IMG/VR virus record: IMGVR_UViG_3300031555_002005
Reading direction: 5' to 3' (one strand)
DNA length: 64,000 bases
Source of the DNA: a virus
Lineage: Duplodnaviria > Heunggongvirae > Uroviricota > Caudoviricetes
Shown here one piece after another: positions 32,859-42,303 of this stretch (position 1 is its first letter; the number at the start of each line of letters is the position of its first letter). The position numbers were made by a program, and so were the translations under genes. The notes beneath the pieces were generated by a model, which was given only the letters and a program-made list of their open reading frames with translations, did not search any database and was not told the DNA's origin.

Positions 32859-33704
32859 TTGAAAAAATTTCATATCATTTGTGCACTAATATTGATTATT
32901 ACATTAATTATTGGTTGTGCACATGTACCAAATAATAATAACATTTCAAATAATATAATAGAAACAACAGTTGTTGAAACTGAAATTCCAGCAACAACAG
33001 AAGCAGAATACACTTTCTTTAATCCAGATAGCATATTTTCATATGAATATATTTATGATGGAGAAATTATTCCACATATTTTATTTACGCCTTCAATAAG
33101 TGATGAAAGTAGACCAAAGCCATTAATTGTATGGCTACATGGAACTGGCGAAAGAAATGCAAATAAGCTAGATTTTTTACTATCTGGTCTACCTTTAACA
33201 ATCAACATGTGGTTAACTGATGGATTTGATGCTTATGTTCTATGTCCACATCTAACTGGTAAATGGAATATTAGCGTTTGGAATTACATTTATTCAGCAG
33301 ATAATTTAAAATTATTATTGGATAAATTTATCAGTGAACATAATGTAGACACAGGCAATATTGTTATTGTTGGTCACAGCTTAGGCGGTCAAGGCGCACT
33401 ATATATGGCACATCAGTTGCCAGAGTATTTTTCTAAATGCGTTGTTCTTAGTGGATATCCAGCAGGAATAGATATTTCAGAAATCAAAATACCTACTATC
33501 GGATATGTTGGACAATATAACTGTGGAGAAAGCCGTGACAGCATTAATTATATGATGAACTATTTCGCCCCAGTTTTCGGAGAAGAAAATACATTTAGCA
33601 TTCCAACTTCTCATGGTAAATTACCATTTGTAGTTTTCAATCAGGATGTTGATGATAATAATAGATCAGATGTTATTGAATGGATGTTTGATGGCATTGA
33701 TTAA
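32859..33704 (+). CDS. alpha/beta-hydrolase lipoprotein (esterase-like)
   Basis: lipobox LIIGC; WLHGTGE; nucleophile elbow GHSLGG. Confidence 0.75.
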   Translation: MKKFHIICALILIITLIIGCAHVPNNNNISNNIIETTVVETEIPATTEAEYTFFNPDSIFSYEYIYDGEIIPHILFTPSISDESRPKPLIVWLHGTGERNANKLDFLLSGLPLTINMWLTDGFDAYVLCPHLTGKWNISVWNYIYSADNLKLLLDKFISEHNVDTGNIVIVGHSLGGQGALYMAHQLPEYFSKCVVLSGYPAGIDISEIKIPTIGYVGQYNCGESRDSINYMMNYFAPVFGEENTFSIPTSHGKLPFVVFNQDVDDNNRSDVIEWMFDGID

Positions 33705-33707
33705 TAT

Positions 33708-33792
33708 GCAGGTGTGTATGGAATGGTAGACAGGGTAGACTCAAAATCTACTGGCATATGCCGTGTGGGTTCGAATCCCACCACCTGCACCA
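33708..33792 (+). tRNA. tRNA-Leu (CAA), class II
   Basis: acceptor gcaggtg/cacctgc, loop ctCAAaa, variable arm, CCA. Confidence 0.9.
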
Positions 33793-33796
33793 AATC

Positions 33797-33900
33797 CCAA
33801 AGCTGACAGAGCGCAGGGGTGAACTTGATGATCCCGTCAGCAGGGCCCGAGCTAAGCCGGGAAGGAAAGCGGCGCTTTTCGGTGAAGTGCGACGCCAAGG
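33797..33900 (+). ncRNA. GC-rich structured RNA candidate
   Basis: helices gctgac/gtcagc, cccg/cggg, ggcg/cgcc in a locally GC-rich, ORF-free stretch. Confidence 0.3.
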
Positions 33901-33957
33901 ATATATCTGGAGAACTGTGTTCTCAATTTAAGGGTTATATCAAACCGAATTAAATAT

Positions 33958-34049
33958 CCAGCAATGGCGAAAATGGTAAACGCAGTCCGCAGTAGGATTG
34001 CCTGATAGCGCAGTCGGGCATGATAGTTCAAGTCTATCTTGCTGGGCCA
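33958..34049 (+). ncRNA. non-canonical tRNA-like RNA
   Basis: acceptor ccagcaa/ttgctgg+G+CCA, D arm gcg-N11-cgc, T arm gatag-ttcaagt-ctatc; middle is 7-bp hairpin tgcctga/tcgggca with 8-nt loop; direct repeat cgcagtc. Confidence 0.45.
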
Positions 34050-34089
34050 GAATTAAATTAAAAAAAACAAAAAAGGACGGTAACAAATT

Positions 34090-34290
34090 ATGCATTACGA
34101 ACTACCCGCAATGGAGCGACATGCCATGGAAGAACGAATTAATGAGCTTGAATCTATGCTCAAAGCTATGCAGTCTGATTTTGCAAAGAGCGCAAGAGGA
34201 ATTTCTCCGTGTTTCTTCTGTGCCAAAGATGATAGTTGTCAGTGTGTAGACGATAAAAAGTGTGAGTTTGTATGGGAAAAGCATAATTAA
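34090..34290 (+). CDS. hypothetical Cys-containing protein (66 aa)
   Basis: ORF track; weak RBS AAGGA. Confidence 0.6.
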   Translation: MHYELPAMERHAMEERINELESMLKAMQSDFAKSARGISPCFFCAKDDSCQCVDDKKCEFVWEKHN

Positions 34291-34306
34291 TTAGGAGGAA
34301 ACAAAA

Positions 34307-34429
34307 ATGTTTAACACTATTGATTCACTAAAGACTCGTATTCATAATCTGCAGCAGCGTGACCCTGTTGCTAATGCAAAGATTATTGCAAAGCTGAAGC
34401 GAAGAATCCGTGCACTAGAAAATAAGTAA
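34307..34429 (+). CDS. hypothetical small basic protein (40 aa)
   Basis: RBS AGGAGG 7 nt upstream; read manually. Confidence 0.55.
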   Translation: MFNTIDSLKTRIHNLQQRDPVANAKIIAKLKRRIRALENK

Positions 34430-34438
34430 AAAATATAA

Positions 34439-34469
34439 AGCCAGGGGTCTTCCCTGGCTTATTTTTTTT
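34439..34469 (+). terminator. rho-independent terminator
   Basis: agccaggg-gtctt-ccctggct followed by T8. Confidence 0.9.
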
Positions 34470-34474
34470 GTTAC

Positions 34475-34502
34475 TTGACAAAATGGTAAAATGTGTTATA
34501 AT
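34475..34502 (+). promoter_or_regulatory. sigma70-type promoter
   Basis: TTGACA-N16-TATAAT; box starts 2 nt after -10. Confidence 0.8.
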
Positions 34503-34503
34503 A

Positions 34504-34520
34504 ACAATACAAATTTAATG
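34504..34520 (+). promoter_or_regulatory. ACAATACAAAATTAAT box copy (variant)
   Basis: acaatacaaatttaatg. Confidence 0.55.
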
Positions 34521-34535
34521 AAGGGAGTATACATA

Positions 34536-35630
34536 GTGACATATCTTGACTACGCTGCCACAACGCCAATATGTGATGCAGCACAGCAAACAATAATTAA
34601 GTATTTAAATTACTTTGGCAACCCATCAAGTTCTCATGAGTTTGGAAGACAATCCAGACTGTTAATCGAAGATGCACGTGAAAGAATTGCCCAATGTATC
34701 AACGCAGATCCTAGTGAAATTTACTTCACGTCTGGAGGTTCTGAAGCAAATACACTTGCGTTAAACAATAGGAGATATTCAGCGTCTTCAAAATTTGAGC
34801 ATCATTCTGTGGTGTCAAATTGGCCAAAAATTTCTATTACAAAAGATGGATTTATCAAGGTACATAAACTAAATAATATGATCTCAGAATGGTGGGAGGT
34901 TCCATTTGATGTTATGTCTTGCATGTATGTGAACAATGAAATTGGAACAATACAGCCAGTAAAAGAGCTATCTACTGTAGCGCATAGATATGGTATTTTA
35001 CTTCACACTGACGCAGTTCAGGCAATGCCTTATGTACACATAGACGTTAAAGATTTGGGTTGCGATATGTTATCTGCAAGTGGGCATAAGTTTGGTGCAC
35101 CAAAAGGCATAGGATTTTTATATGCAAATTCTCGTTCAAGAATCAAGCCGATCATTAATGGAGGCAAGCAAGAAAACTCTATGCGCCCAGGTACTGAAAA
35201 TATTTTAGGCATTCTGGCCATGGCTTCGGCGCTTGAAGACGCTGTGGAACATATGGATGAACGTAATGAGCGCATTAAATCTTTAAGAGACAGTCTGCTT
35301 GATAAGTTACTTAAAATTGATGGAGCGCATCTTAATGGCTCACTTGAAAATCGCATTCCAGGCAACATCAATATCAGATTTGATGGGGTTTACGGTTCAA
35401 GACTAGTTACATTGTGCAGTTTATATGGAGTTTATATTTCCGCAGGATCTGCATGCAACGAAGGCACCACTGAGCCAAGCCACGTGCTTAAAGCAATTAA
35501 TCTATCAGACGAAGAAGCATTAAGTAGCGTAAGAATTACTTTGGGGCATCAAACTACCGAAGAAGATGTTAACATAGCAGCAGATATTATTACAGCACTA
35601 GTTAAAAGGATTCGTTCAGATGAATCTTAA
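34536..35630 (+). CDS. cysteine desulfurase (NifS/IscS-like, class V aminotransferase)
   Basis: GTG start giving MTYLDYAATTP; PLP lysine SGHKFGAPKG; active-site SAGSACNEG. Confidence 0.88.
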   Translation: MTYLDYAATTPICDAAQQTIIKYLNYFGNPSSSHEFGRQSRLLIEDARERIAQCINADPSEIYFTSGGSEANTLALNNRRYSASSKFEHHSVVSNWPKISITKDGFIKVHKLNNMISEWWEVPFDVMSCMYVNNEIGTIQPVKELSTVAHRYGILLHTDAVQAMPYVHIDVKDLGCDMLSASGHKFGAPKGIGFLYANSRSRIKPIINGGKQENSMRPGTENILGILAMASALEDAVEHMDERNERIKSLRDSLLDKLLKIDGAHLNGSLENRIPGNINIRFDGVYGSRLVTLCSLYGVYISAGSACNEGTTEPSHVLKAINLSDEEALSSVRITLGHQTTEEDVNIAADIITALVKRIRSDES

Positions 35631-35694
35631 GACATTTGTTATAATGTGCGCTATTATGCTTTCAGCAATGTTTATTAGCTGGTGTATAATACTC

Positions 35695-35723
35695 TTGACA
35701 ATACAAAATTAATGTGTTATAAT
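35695..35723 (+). promoter_or_regulatory. sigma70-type promoter with box as -35/spacer
   Basis: TTGACAatacaaaattaatgtgtTATAAT. Confidence 0.85.
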
Positions 35724-35746
35724 GATGGCACATTAAGAACTAACAG

Positions 35747-36790
35747 GTGAGCAGAATGGATATCAGAGATCTGAAAGAAGAAATTTTGAATAGAGAGCTC
35801 ATTTCTGATATCTTGACAGAGCTTGGATGTCATCATGTCAGAGATAAAGGCGATTATATCCAAGCAGGCAATCGTGATGGAGATAACCCAAGCAGTATTG
35901 TAGTTTATAAGAATGAATATATCAGCTGTATCAACTATACAAGACAGATAACTAAAAATGGTAGAACAGCTGATATTTTTGACTTGGTTGCTTATGTAGA
36001 GGATTGTTCCTTCGCTGAGGCAATGAAATTTGTATGCGGAGTTGCAGGAATTGATTATTACGGTGAAAGAGAAGATTTGCCTGAGTCATTGCAAATTCTT
36101 CGTATGCTAAAAGATATGAGCATCAATGATGATGATGAAGATAATAGCCAAGTGAAGCCAATATCTGAAAAAATATTGAGCTACTATCTTCATTGTGGCA
36201 ATAAGATGTTTGAAGATGACAATATCTCTCTTGAAACCCAAAAAGAATTTGAGATTGGGTATGATCCTCAAAGCAATTATATTACTATCCCTATTCGTGA
36301 CAGTCTAGGAACGCTTTGTGGTATCAAGGGGCGCTATTTTGGTGAGCCTGACGAGTCACACACCAAATATACGTATTTGGAAAAGTGCAATAAGTCTAAA
36401 ATTTTATACGGATATTGGCAAAATCGAGAGCATATCAAGCAAAATAAGTATATATATGTGTTAGAAAGCGAAAAGGCAGTTCAGCAATTAGCTACTATTG
36501 GAGTGCGTTCATGCGTATCGACTGGCGGCAAAACTATTTCTAAGTACCAAGTTGAAGAGATTATACGAACTGGATGCACTCCAATTCTTGCACTTGATAA
36601 GGATGTTGATGAAGAAGAGTTAAAAAAAATAGCATCAATGTTTATGGATGGCATCACCGTTTATGCTGTTATAGATAAAGAAAACATTCTTGATGAAAAA
36701 GAAAGCCCATCTGATTGCCCCGAGAAATGGGCAAAGCTTGTTAATAATCATATCTATGATATTAGCAAAGGGGGTGAGTCAGATGGTTAG
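35747..36790 (+). CDS. Toprim-domain DNA primase
   Basis: Toprim E...DxD: YVLESEKAVQQL ... LALDKDVDE; alternative start ATG 35756. Confidence 0.7.
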   Translation: MSRMDIRDLKEEILNRELISDILTELGCHHVRDKGDYIQAGNRDGDNPSSIVVYKNEYISCINYTRQITKNGRTADIFDLVAYVEDCSFAEAMKFVCGVAGIDYYGEREDLPESLQILRMLKDMSINDDDEDNSQVKPISEKILSYYLHCGNKMFEDDNISLETQKEFEIGYDPQSNYITIPIRDSLGTLCGIKGRYFGEPDESHTKYTYLEKCNKSKILYGYWQNREHIKQNKYIYVLESEKAVQQLATIGVRSCVSTGGKTISKYQVEEIIRTGCTPILALDKDVDEEELKKIASMFMDGITVYAVIDKENILDEKESPSDCPEKWAKLVNNHIYDISKGGESDG

Positions 36791-36983
36791 GTTTGAAGAT
36801 GAGTGTGTTGGATGCCCTCCAGAAATTGGATGTATGGGAGAATATTGCCCTTATAAAAACGTCCCTACATTATATTGCGATGAATGCGAGGAAGAGAATC
36901 AACTTTATTGGTTTGATGGCCAACAGCTTTGTCTTGGTTGTATAGAGGCACGATTGGAAAGGGTTGAATACGACGATGATTGA
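36783..36983 (+). CDS. zinc-ribbon small protein (66 aa)
   Basis: Start moved to ATG 36783 (overlaps primase end); CVGC..CDEC..CLGC. Confidence 0.6.
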   Translation: MVRFEDECVGCPPEIGCMGEYCPYKNVPTLYCDECEEENQLYWFDGQQLCLGCIEARLERVEYDDD

Positions 36984-37116
36984 TAAAAATAAGAAAAAAG
37001 AAGAGGCTAAACAGCAGCGCAATCTGTGGCCAATGAGTCCAGTAACAAGAATTGTTGAGAGCCGAAAAAAGTATAACAGGCAAAAAGATCGCAAGAATAA
37101 GAAATTGTATGATTAA
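36976..37116 (+). CDS. small basic protein (46 aa)
   Basis: ATG overlaps upstream end; Lys/Arg-rich; read manually. Confidence 0.4.
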   Translation: MIDKNKKKEEAKQQRNLWPMSPVTRIVESRKKYNRQKDRKNKKLYD

Positions 37117-37133
37117 AAAAGAGGTAGAGTGTT

Positions 37134-37550
37134 GTGGATTTGACAAAGAAAGACAGAGCATATTTTAATATTGCAAAAGAAGTATCTAAGCTGTCTGATT
37201 TTCCTAGAGTTCAAATTGGTGCGTGTGCAGTATACAAGCATAAAGTAATCAGCACAGGTTGTAACTCTATGCGCACAAGCCCTCTTCAGAAGAAATATAA
37301 TCAGTACAGATTTACGGTGGAAACTCCACACACTTGCCACGCCGAAACAAGTTGCCTTAAGCCGCTTATTGGGCGCAAGGATATCGATTTTAGAAATGTA
37401 GATATTTACATATTCAGGTCTTATAAAAACGGCGAACTGGGGCTTGCACGGCCTTGTGAGAGCTGTTTTAACTTGATAAAAGACCTTGGAATCAGAAATA
37501 TTTATTACTCTAATGAGGGCGGGTTCTCTCATGAAGAGATTATATATTAA
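37134..37550 (+). CDS. dCMP / cytidine deaminase family zinc enzyme
   Basis: HAETSCL ... PCESCFNLI (H-A-E, PCxxC). Confidence 0.85.
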   Translation: MDLTKKDRAYFNIAKEVSKLSDFPRVQIGACAVYKHKVISTGCNSMRTSPLQKKYNQYRFTVETPHTCHAETSCLKPLIGRKDIDFRNVDIYIFRSYKNGELGLARPCESCFNLIKDLGIRNIYYSNEGGFSHEEIIY

Positions 37551-37566
37551 CAATACAAAATTAATA
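37550..37566 (+). promoter_or_regulatory. ACAATACAAAATTAAT box copy
   Basis: acaatacaaaattaata overlapping stop of deaminase gene. Confidence 0.6.
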
Positions 37567-37579
37567 AGGAGAGTTATTA

Positions 37580-37741
37580 ATGAGTCAACAGGATATATAC
37601 GAATCTCTTTGTAAGAAGTGTTATATTCGTATTATGAAGCCGACCAAGAAGGAAATTAAGAAGATTGTTATGAGTGACGAAGAGTATCAGTGTGATTGTT
37701 GTAATAAGACTGATTACATTGTTGAGTATGTGGAGGATTAA
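37580..37741 (+). CDS. zinc-ribbon small protein (53 aa)
   Basis: RBS AAGGAGAG; CKKC..CDCC; read manually. Confidence 0.6.
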   Translation: MSQQDIYESLCKKCYIRIMKPTKKEIKKIVMSDEEYQCDCCNKTDYIVEYVED

Positions 37742-37743
37742 CA

Positions 37744-38520
37744 ATGACAGAAGAAAGACTGAAATTCATTCAGCCAATTTTAGACACATTTGAGAATGAA
37801 GATATTAAAGAATTTGCAGTTGTTTTGCTTGGCGATTTGCCTGATTATATTTGGCATGTAGGCGCAAGCTCCACTGGCAAATATCACCCAGCATATTCGC
37901 TTGGAGAAATGGGTTTGATGAGACATCAAGTTGCAGTAGTTAGATTTTTAAATTTCTTTTTGGAGTTAGAACAATATAATAGCAAGTTAACAAGCAGAGA
38001 AAGGGATCTTATTAGACTTTCTGGACTTGTGCACGATGGGCGCAAATCAGGATCTCAGGAAGATTATGAAAAGTCCAAGTACACCAGATTTAATCATCCT
38101 ATTCTGATGGCAGACGTAATTAGAAGTTTTGATGGAAAGTATTTAACTCATGAAGAAATTGAAATGGTAGCCGATACCATTAGCAAACATATGGGACAAT
38201 GGAACGAAGACAAAAAAACTGGTGTTGAGCTTCCTAAGCCTAATAATAAGTTTGCCAGAATGGTTCATGTTGCAGACTATCTTGCATCTAGAAAATGCTT
38301 GACTATGGACTTTGATGGATATTTCATGGTGCAAGAAAATGTTGAATTTGATGAGAATTATACACTACCATTCGGTAAGCATTCAGGTAAACGTCTAATT
38401 GATGTGTATAGATCTGCGCCTGACTATATTGCGTGGATGGAAGAAAACATTAAAAAGCCTGATATTTTGAATATGATTAAGGCAATGAAAGAACATTTGA
38501 ATAAGGAGAATAAAGAATGA
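37744..38520 (+). CDS. HD-domain phosphohydrolase with DUF3820-like C-terminus
   Basis: KYHP, GLVHDGRK (HD), C-terminal LPFGKHSGKRLIDV. Confidence 0.75.
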   Translation: MTEERLKFIQPILDTFENEDIKEFAVVLLGDLPDYIWHVGASSTGKYHPAYSLGEMGLMRHQVAVVRFLNFFLELEQYNSKLTSRERDLIRLSGLVHDGRKSGSQEDYEKSKYTRFNHPILMADVIRSFDGKYLTHEEIEMVADTISKHMGQWNEDKKTGVELPKPNNKFARMVHVADYLASRKCLTMDFDGYFMVQENVEFDENYTLPFGKHSGKRLIDVYRSAPDYIAWMEENIKKPDILNMIKAMKEHLNKENKE

Positions 38521-38939
38521 AGGTTGAAGTGCTAACTGGTGGAGAATTTCGTGATGTCGTAAGTCATCTACATATTGCAGCAAAGCGTACATATAGATGT
38601 CCGCATGATCCATACAATGACCATCCTTATTATGAAGTTTGGAAAGTAGAAAAGTGTGACCTAGGCAATATTGAATCATTCTGTATGAATGAAGAAATTT
38701 TCTGCTGCTTTTCAAATGGCGAGCACAGAGGAACCGCATATGATTTCCTAACCATTAATGGTGTTGGAGTAATTGCTTGGCAAGAGGGAAGCAAGAAAGA
38801 TACATTTAATTGTCTAAGTGATTACTTTAAGGATTGTATTGGTGTAACTGATAGCTATAAGATTGGCGCTTATTCTGTGTATCTGGCAAAGACTAACGGT
38901 TGGTCTTTGAGTGATATGTGGAAGAAATTGGAGGGCTAA
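38517..38939 (+). CDS. hypothetical protein (140 aa)
   Basis: ATGA overlap with upstream gene. Confidence 0.7.
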   Translation: MKVEVLTGGEFRDVVSHLHIAAKRTYRCPHDPYNDHPYYEVWKVEKCDLGNIESFCMNEEIFCCFSNGEHRGTAYDFLTINGVGVIAWQEGSKKDTFNCLSDYFKDCIGVTDSYKIGAYSVYLAKTNGWSLSDMWKKLEG

Positions 38940-38943
38940 GAGA

Positions 38944-39399
38944 ATGACTGTAACAGAGTGCAAGGTAGAAACGATTAAGCACATTGAAAATGTAAGAATG
39001 TATATTAGAATGTTTACAGATGCACTTACAACTCGTGGAGTTAAACATGATGCTTCTAAGCTAGAAAGTCCAGAAGTAGAAGCATTTACTAAATGCACTC
39101 CAAAGTTGGCAAAACTGACTTACGGAACACCAGAATATAACGAGTCACTAAAGGAACTTAATACAGCACTTCAACATCACTATGCGTGTAATCGTCATCA
39201 TCCTGAGCATTTTAGCAAAGGTATTAACGATATGACTCTTGTTGATGTTGTGGAAATGTTATGTGATTGGAAGGCTGCTAGTATGAGGCAACATGATGGC
39301 AATCTGCTCAAATCAATTGAAATTAACGCAACAAGATTTGGATATGATGACCAGCTAAAGCAGATCTTTATTAATACTGCAAAAATGCTTGATGAATAA
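38944..39399 (+). CDS. His-rich conserved phage protein (DUF5662-like?)
   Basis: Start moved to ATG 38944; HDASK ... HHYACNRHHPEHF. Confidence 0.65.
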   Translation: MTVTECKVETIKHIENVRMYIRMFTDALTTRGVKHDASKLESPEVEAFTKCTPKLAKLTYGTPEYNESLKELNTALQHHYACNRHHPEHFSKGINDMTLVDVVEMLCDWKAASMRQHDGNLLKSIEINATRFGYDDQLKQIFINTAKMLDE

Positions 39400-39426
39400 A
39401 TGTTGATTTTATTTGAGGTATGAAAA

Positions 39427-39834
39427 ATGAGTAATGAATGGAAAGATTATCAGCATGATATTCGGACAGATTTTGAATATAACTTTGAATCTTCAATTGA
39501 TGGTATTCCAGATGGCTGGATTAAGTCATTTTTCCCTCAATTAAAAGACGAATTGTTTAAAGCGTGCGGCGCATATGCGGACGAGATAATGTTTTATCAG
39601 ATTAAAGAAAAGTACGGGCAGTTAACTGTGTACTGGAATTTCCCCGATAAAGATTATTATACAGATATAGACAATAAAGATATTGAAGAGATCATTCCGA
39701 CTGTCCAAGATATTATTAAGAGGTATACTGAAATTAGCAGACATACCTGTATAATCTGTGGCAAAGAAACAGCACATATGACGTATGGACATATCATTGT
39801 GCCGCTTTGTGGTAGTTGCGAAGATAAACTTTAA
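39427..39834 (+). CDS. hypothetical protein with C-terminal zinc ribbon
   Basis: RBS TGAGG; CIICG..CGSC. Confidence 0.75.
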   Translation: MSNEWKDYQHDIRTDFEYNFESSIDGIPDGWIKSFFPQLKDELFKACGAYADEIMFYQIKEKYGQLTVYWNFPDKDYYTDIDNKDIEEIIPTVQDIIKRYTEISRHTCIICGKETAHMTYGHIIVPLCGSCEDKL

Positions 39835-39845
39835 CTAAAATAAAC

Positions 39846-39874
39846 AAATGGCCGAAGTGATCTTTGGCCATTTT
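39846..39874 (+). terminator. rho-independent terminator
   Basis: aaatggcc-N12-ggccattt then T-run. Confidence 0.8.
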
Positions 39875-39880
39875 GCCATA

Positions 39881-39908
39881 TTGATTTCTGGAAAATATAT
39901 GATATACT
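39881..39908 (+). promoter_or_regulatory. sigma70-type promoter
   Basis: TTGATT-N16-TATACT. Confidence 0.6.
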
Positions 39909-39909
39909 A

Positions 39910-39926
39910 ACAGTACAAAATGAATG
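39910..39926 (+). promoter_or_regulatory. ACAATACAAAATTAAT box copy (variant)
   Basis: acagtacaaaatgaatg. Confidence 0.5.
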
Positions 39927-39939
39927 GAGGTACAAAACA

Positions 39940-40104
39940 ATGCTTGATCTAAAATATGAACTGAAGAAATGTAAGGAATGTAGCTGCTCTAGATGCAGTC
40001 TAAATGGAACAAATGGATGCTTTATTGAAGTTGCTATTAAAGAGCTTGATAGATATGAGCAGGCTTTTGATTCCATGGAAAAACATAAGAATGATGAAGA
40101 TTAA
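39940..40104 (+). CDS. Cys-rich small protein (54 aa)
   Basis: RBS GGAGG; CKECSCSRC; read manually. Confidence 0.55.
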   Translation: MLDLKYELKKCKECSCSRCSLNGTNGCFIEVAIKELDRYEQAFDSMEKHKNDED

Positions 40105-40123
40105 TTAGAAAGGACAATAAGAA

Positions 40124-41509
40124 ATGGCTTATACAGCATTTATTACAAGAATTAAGAATCTGCGTACACACCCTAAGGCGGATCGACTGCAGATGGGTGA
40201 GTGCTTTGGTAACACTGTAATTGTCTCTCTGGAATACGAGGACAACCAGCTTGGCATTTACTTCCCTTCTGATGGACAGATTAGCACTGCATTTGCAGAA
40301 GCAAATAACCTGCTTCGCAAGAAGGATGAAAACGGCAATAACATTGGCGGTTACATGGATCCCGACAAGCGCAACGTCACTGCTATTAAGCTTCGTGGAG
40401 AAAAGTCTGATGGCCTGTTCCTGCCTCTGAAGTCTCTTGAGCCTTTTGGTGACATTACCACTCTGCGTGAGGGTGACCGAATTGATAACTTTAATGGACA
40501 TGAGATTTGCTGCAAGTATGTACCTTTTAAGCGTGAACGTACTGCCGCAGGTGGAGCAGGAAAGCGCATTAAGCGTAGAGCTAAGAGAAGCATTGCACCT
40601 CTGTTTTATGAGCATATGGACACTGAGCAGCTCGCCTACAATCTGGCAGCTTTTAAGCCCGGTGACGAGATTGAAATCACTCTAAAGATGCATGGCACTT
40701 CTCAGCGAACTGCACACCTACCTGTGTTTAAGGACTACAAGCGCACAATCTGGGACAAACTATTCCGTCGTGAAGGTACTCCTGTTTATGATTGGGGTTA
40801 CGTCTCTGGCACTCGTCGTACTGTTCTAGAGAATTTTGAAGGTGGATATTATGGATCTAACGAGTTCCGTGAAGCACATTCTAAGTTCTTTGAGGGCAAG
40901 CTGTGGAAGGGCGAAGAGGTCTACTACGAGGTGGTTGGTTTCACTCATACTGGCGCACCTATTATGTCTACGGCAGACAATAAGAAGCTGAACGACAAGG
41001 AGTTTGTTAAGCAGTATGGAAAGACTACTACTTTCTCTTATGGTTGTGCCCCTGATGGTGTAAATTCCGCAGATGGAGTTATTCCTCAGTCTGATATCTA
41101 CGTTTACCGTATGACAATGACCAATGAAGATGGTGATGTTGTCGAGTACACTCCTGATTTCATGCGCTATCGTTGTGAGCAGATGGGTGTTAAGACTGTC
41201 CCTGTGATGTGGAAGGGCACTATTCCTTACGCAGATTGGCTTGAAGCTAACACGTGGGAAAGCGCAGGGCATTATGCAATTACTCGTGCAGAAAAGTACT
41301 ATGATGGTCCCGACCCTATTGGCAAGACTCATGTCCGTGAAGGCGTTGTAGTTCGTATTCTGAACCGTCCTAAATTCTGTGCATACAAGCATAAGAACTG
41401 GTCTTTCAAGGCTCTTGAAGGAATTGTTAAGGTTGAAGCTGAGGCTCCTGATATGGAAGAAGCCGATGGCATTAATGAGGAAGTGATGACTGATGAATTT
41501 TCACAGTGA
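40124..41509 (+). CDS. ATP-dependent RNA ligase (Rnl2/Rnl5-like, N-terminal OB-like module)
   Basis: Motif I LKMHGTS (KxHG as in T4 Rnl2/DraRnl per memory); N-terminal ~150 aa extra domain. Confidence 0.7.
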   Translation: MAYTAFITRIKNLRTHPKADRLQMGECFGNTVIVSLEYEDNQLGIYFPSDGQISTAFAEANNLLRKKDENGNNIGGYMDPDKRNVTAIKLRGEKSDGLFLPLKSLEPFGDITTLREGDRIDNFNGHEICCKYVPFKRERTAAGGAGKRIKRRAKRSIAPLFYEHMDTEQLAYNLAAFKPGDEIEITLKMHGTSQRTAHLPVFKDYKRTIWDKLFRREGTPVYDWGYVSGTRRTVLENFEGGYYGSNEFREAHSKFFEGKLWKGEEVYYEVVGFTHTGAPIMSTADNKKLNDKEFVKQYGKTTTFSYGCAPDGVNSADGVIPQSDIYVYRMTMTNEDGDVVEYTPDFMRYRCEQMGVKTVPVMWKGTIPYADWLEANTWESAGHYAITRAEKYYDGPDPIGKTHVREGVVVRILNRPKFCAYKHKNWSFKALEGIVKVEAEAPDMEEADGINEEVMTDEFSQ

Positions 41510-42302
41510 TGAATGGATCATGCGGAATGTTCGAGAGCACTACAACGAGGCTCTCGAACACTTCCCCGAAGATAGAATTGTAGGTATCTTTTATCAGGGC
41601 AGCGGTAACTACGGCCTTGACTATGAAGGTTCTGATGTAGACACCAAGCTGATTGTCACGCCAACCTTTGAAGATATTGCAATGAATAAAAAGGCAGTAA
41701 GTACAACTCATATCAGAGAGAATGAAGAGCACATCGATTTTAAGGATATTAGACTCTATATCCAGACTTTCAGAAAGCAAAACTTGAACTTCCTAGAAAT
41801 CCTGTTTACTAAATATGCAATTATCAATCCTATGTATAAAGATGAATGGGATAGACTTGTAAAGGCTCGTGAGAAAATTGCACGCTATGCACCTGTACAG
41901 GCTATTAAGTCTATGAAGGGCATTGCAAAAGAAAAGTATCATGCAATGGAACATCACTATCCTGCACGAATGGCATGGATTGAGAAGTTTTCTTACGATC
42001 CGAAACAACTGCATCATCTACTGAGAGTTAATGAATATATCAGCAGATACATTGACGGCGAATCATATGAAGATTGCTTGATTTCAAAAATGCCAGACTA
42101 TTTACAGTCAGTAAAACTTGGTTTTCACAACCTGGATGATGCTCGCATGATTGCTAATTGGGCTATTGGCTGTATTGATAAAATGTGCGATAAGTATCTA
42201 GAGACTTGTTCAACTGAAGTTGATAAAGATGTTGATGTTCTACTTGATGATGTGCAGTACAACATTATGAAGATTGCTATTAAGAAAGAAATTGGTGATT
42301 AA
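41493..42302 (+). CDS. Pol-beta superfamily nucleotidyltransferase (RNA-ligase-associated type)
   Basis: GSGNYGLDYEGSDVD (GS..DxD NTase signature); overlaps ligase gene end. Confidence 0.7.
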   Translation: MNFHSDEWIMRNVREHYNEALEHFPEDRIVGIFYQGSGNYGLDYEGSDVDTKLIVTPTFEDIAMNKKAVSTTHIRENEEHIDFKDIRLYIQTFRKQNLNFLEILFTKYAIINPMYKDEWDRLVKAREKIARYAPVQAIKSMKGIAKEKYHAMEHHYPARMAWIEKFSYDPKQLHHLLRVNEYISRYIDGESYEDCLISKMPDYLQSVKLGFHNLDDARMIANWAIGCIDKMCDKYLETCSTEVDKDVDVLLDDVQYNIMKIAIKKEIGD

Positions 42303-42303
42303 A

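Noticed and set aside
33856-33873. GCCGGGAAGGAAAGCGGC, which resembles the SRP RNA domain IV GGAA-tetraloop region
   Set aside because: I could not build the symmetric and asymmetric loops or a long closing hairpin around it by eye. The resemblance is too short to call, so it is left as an unassigned structured region.
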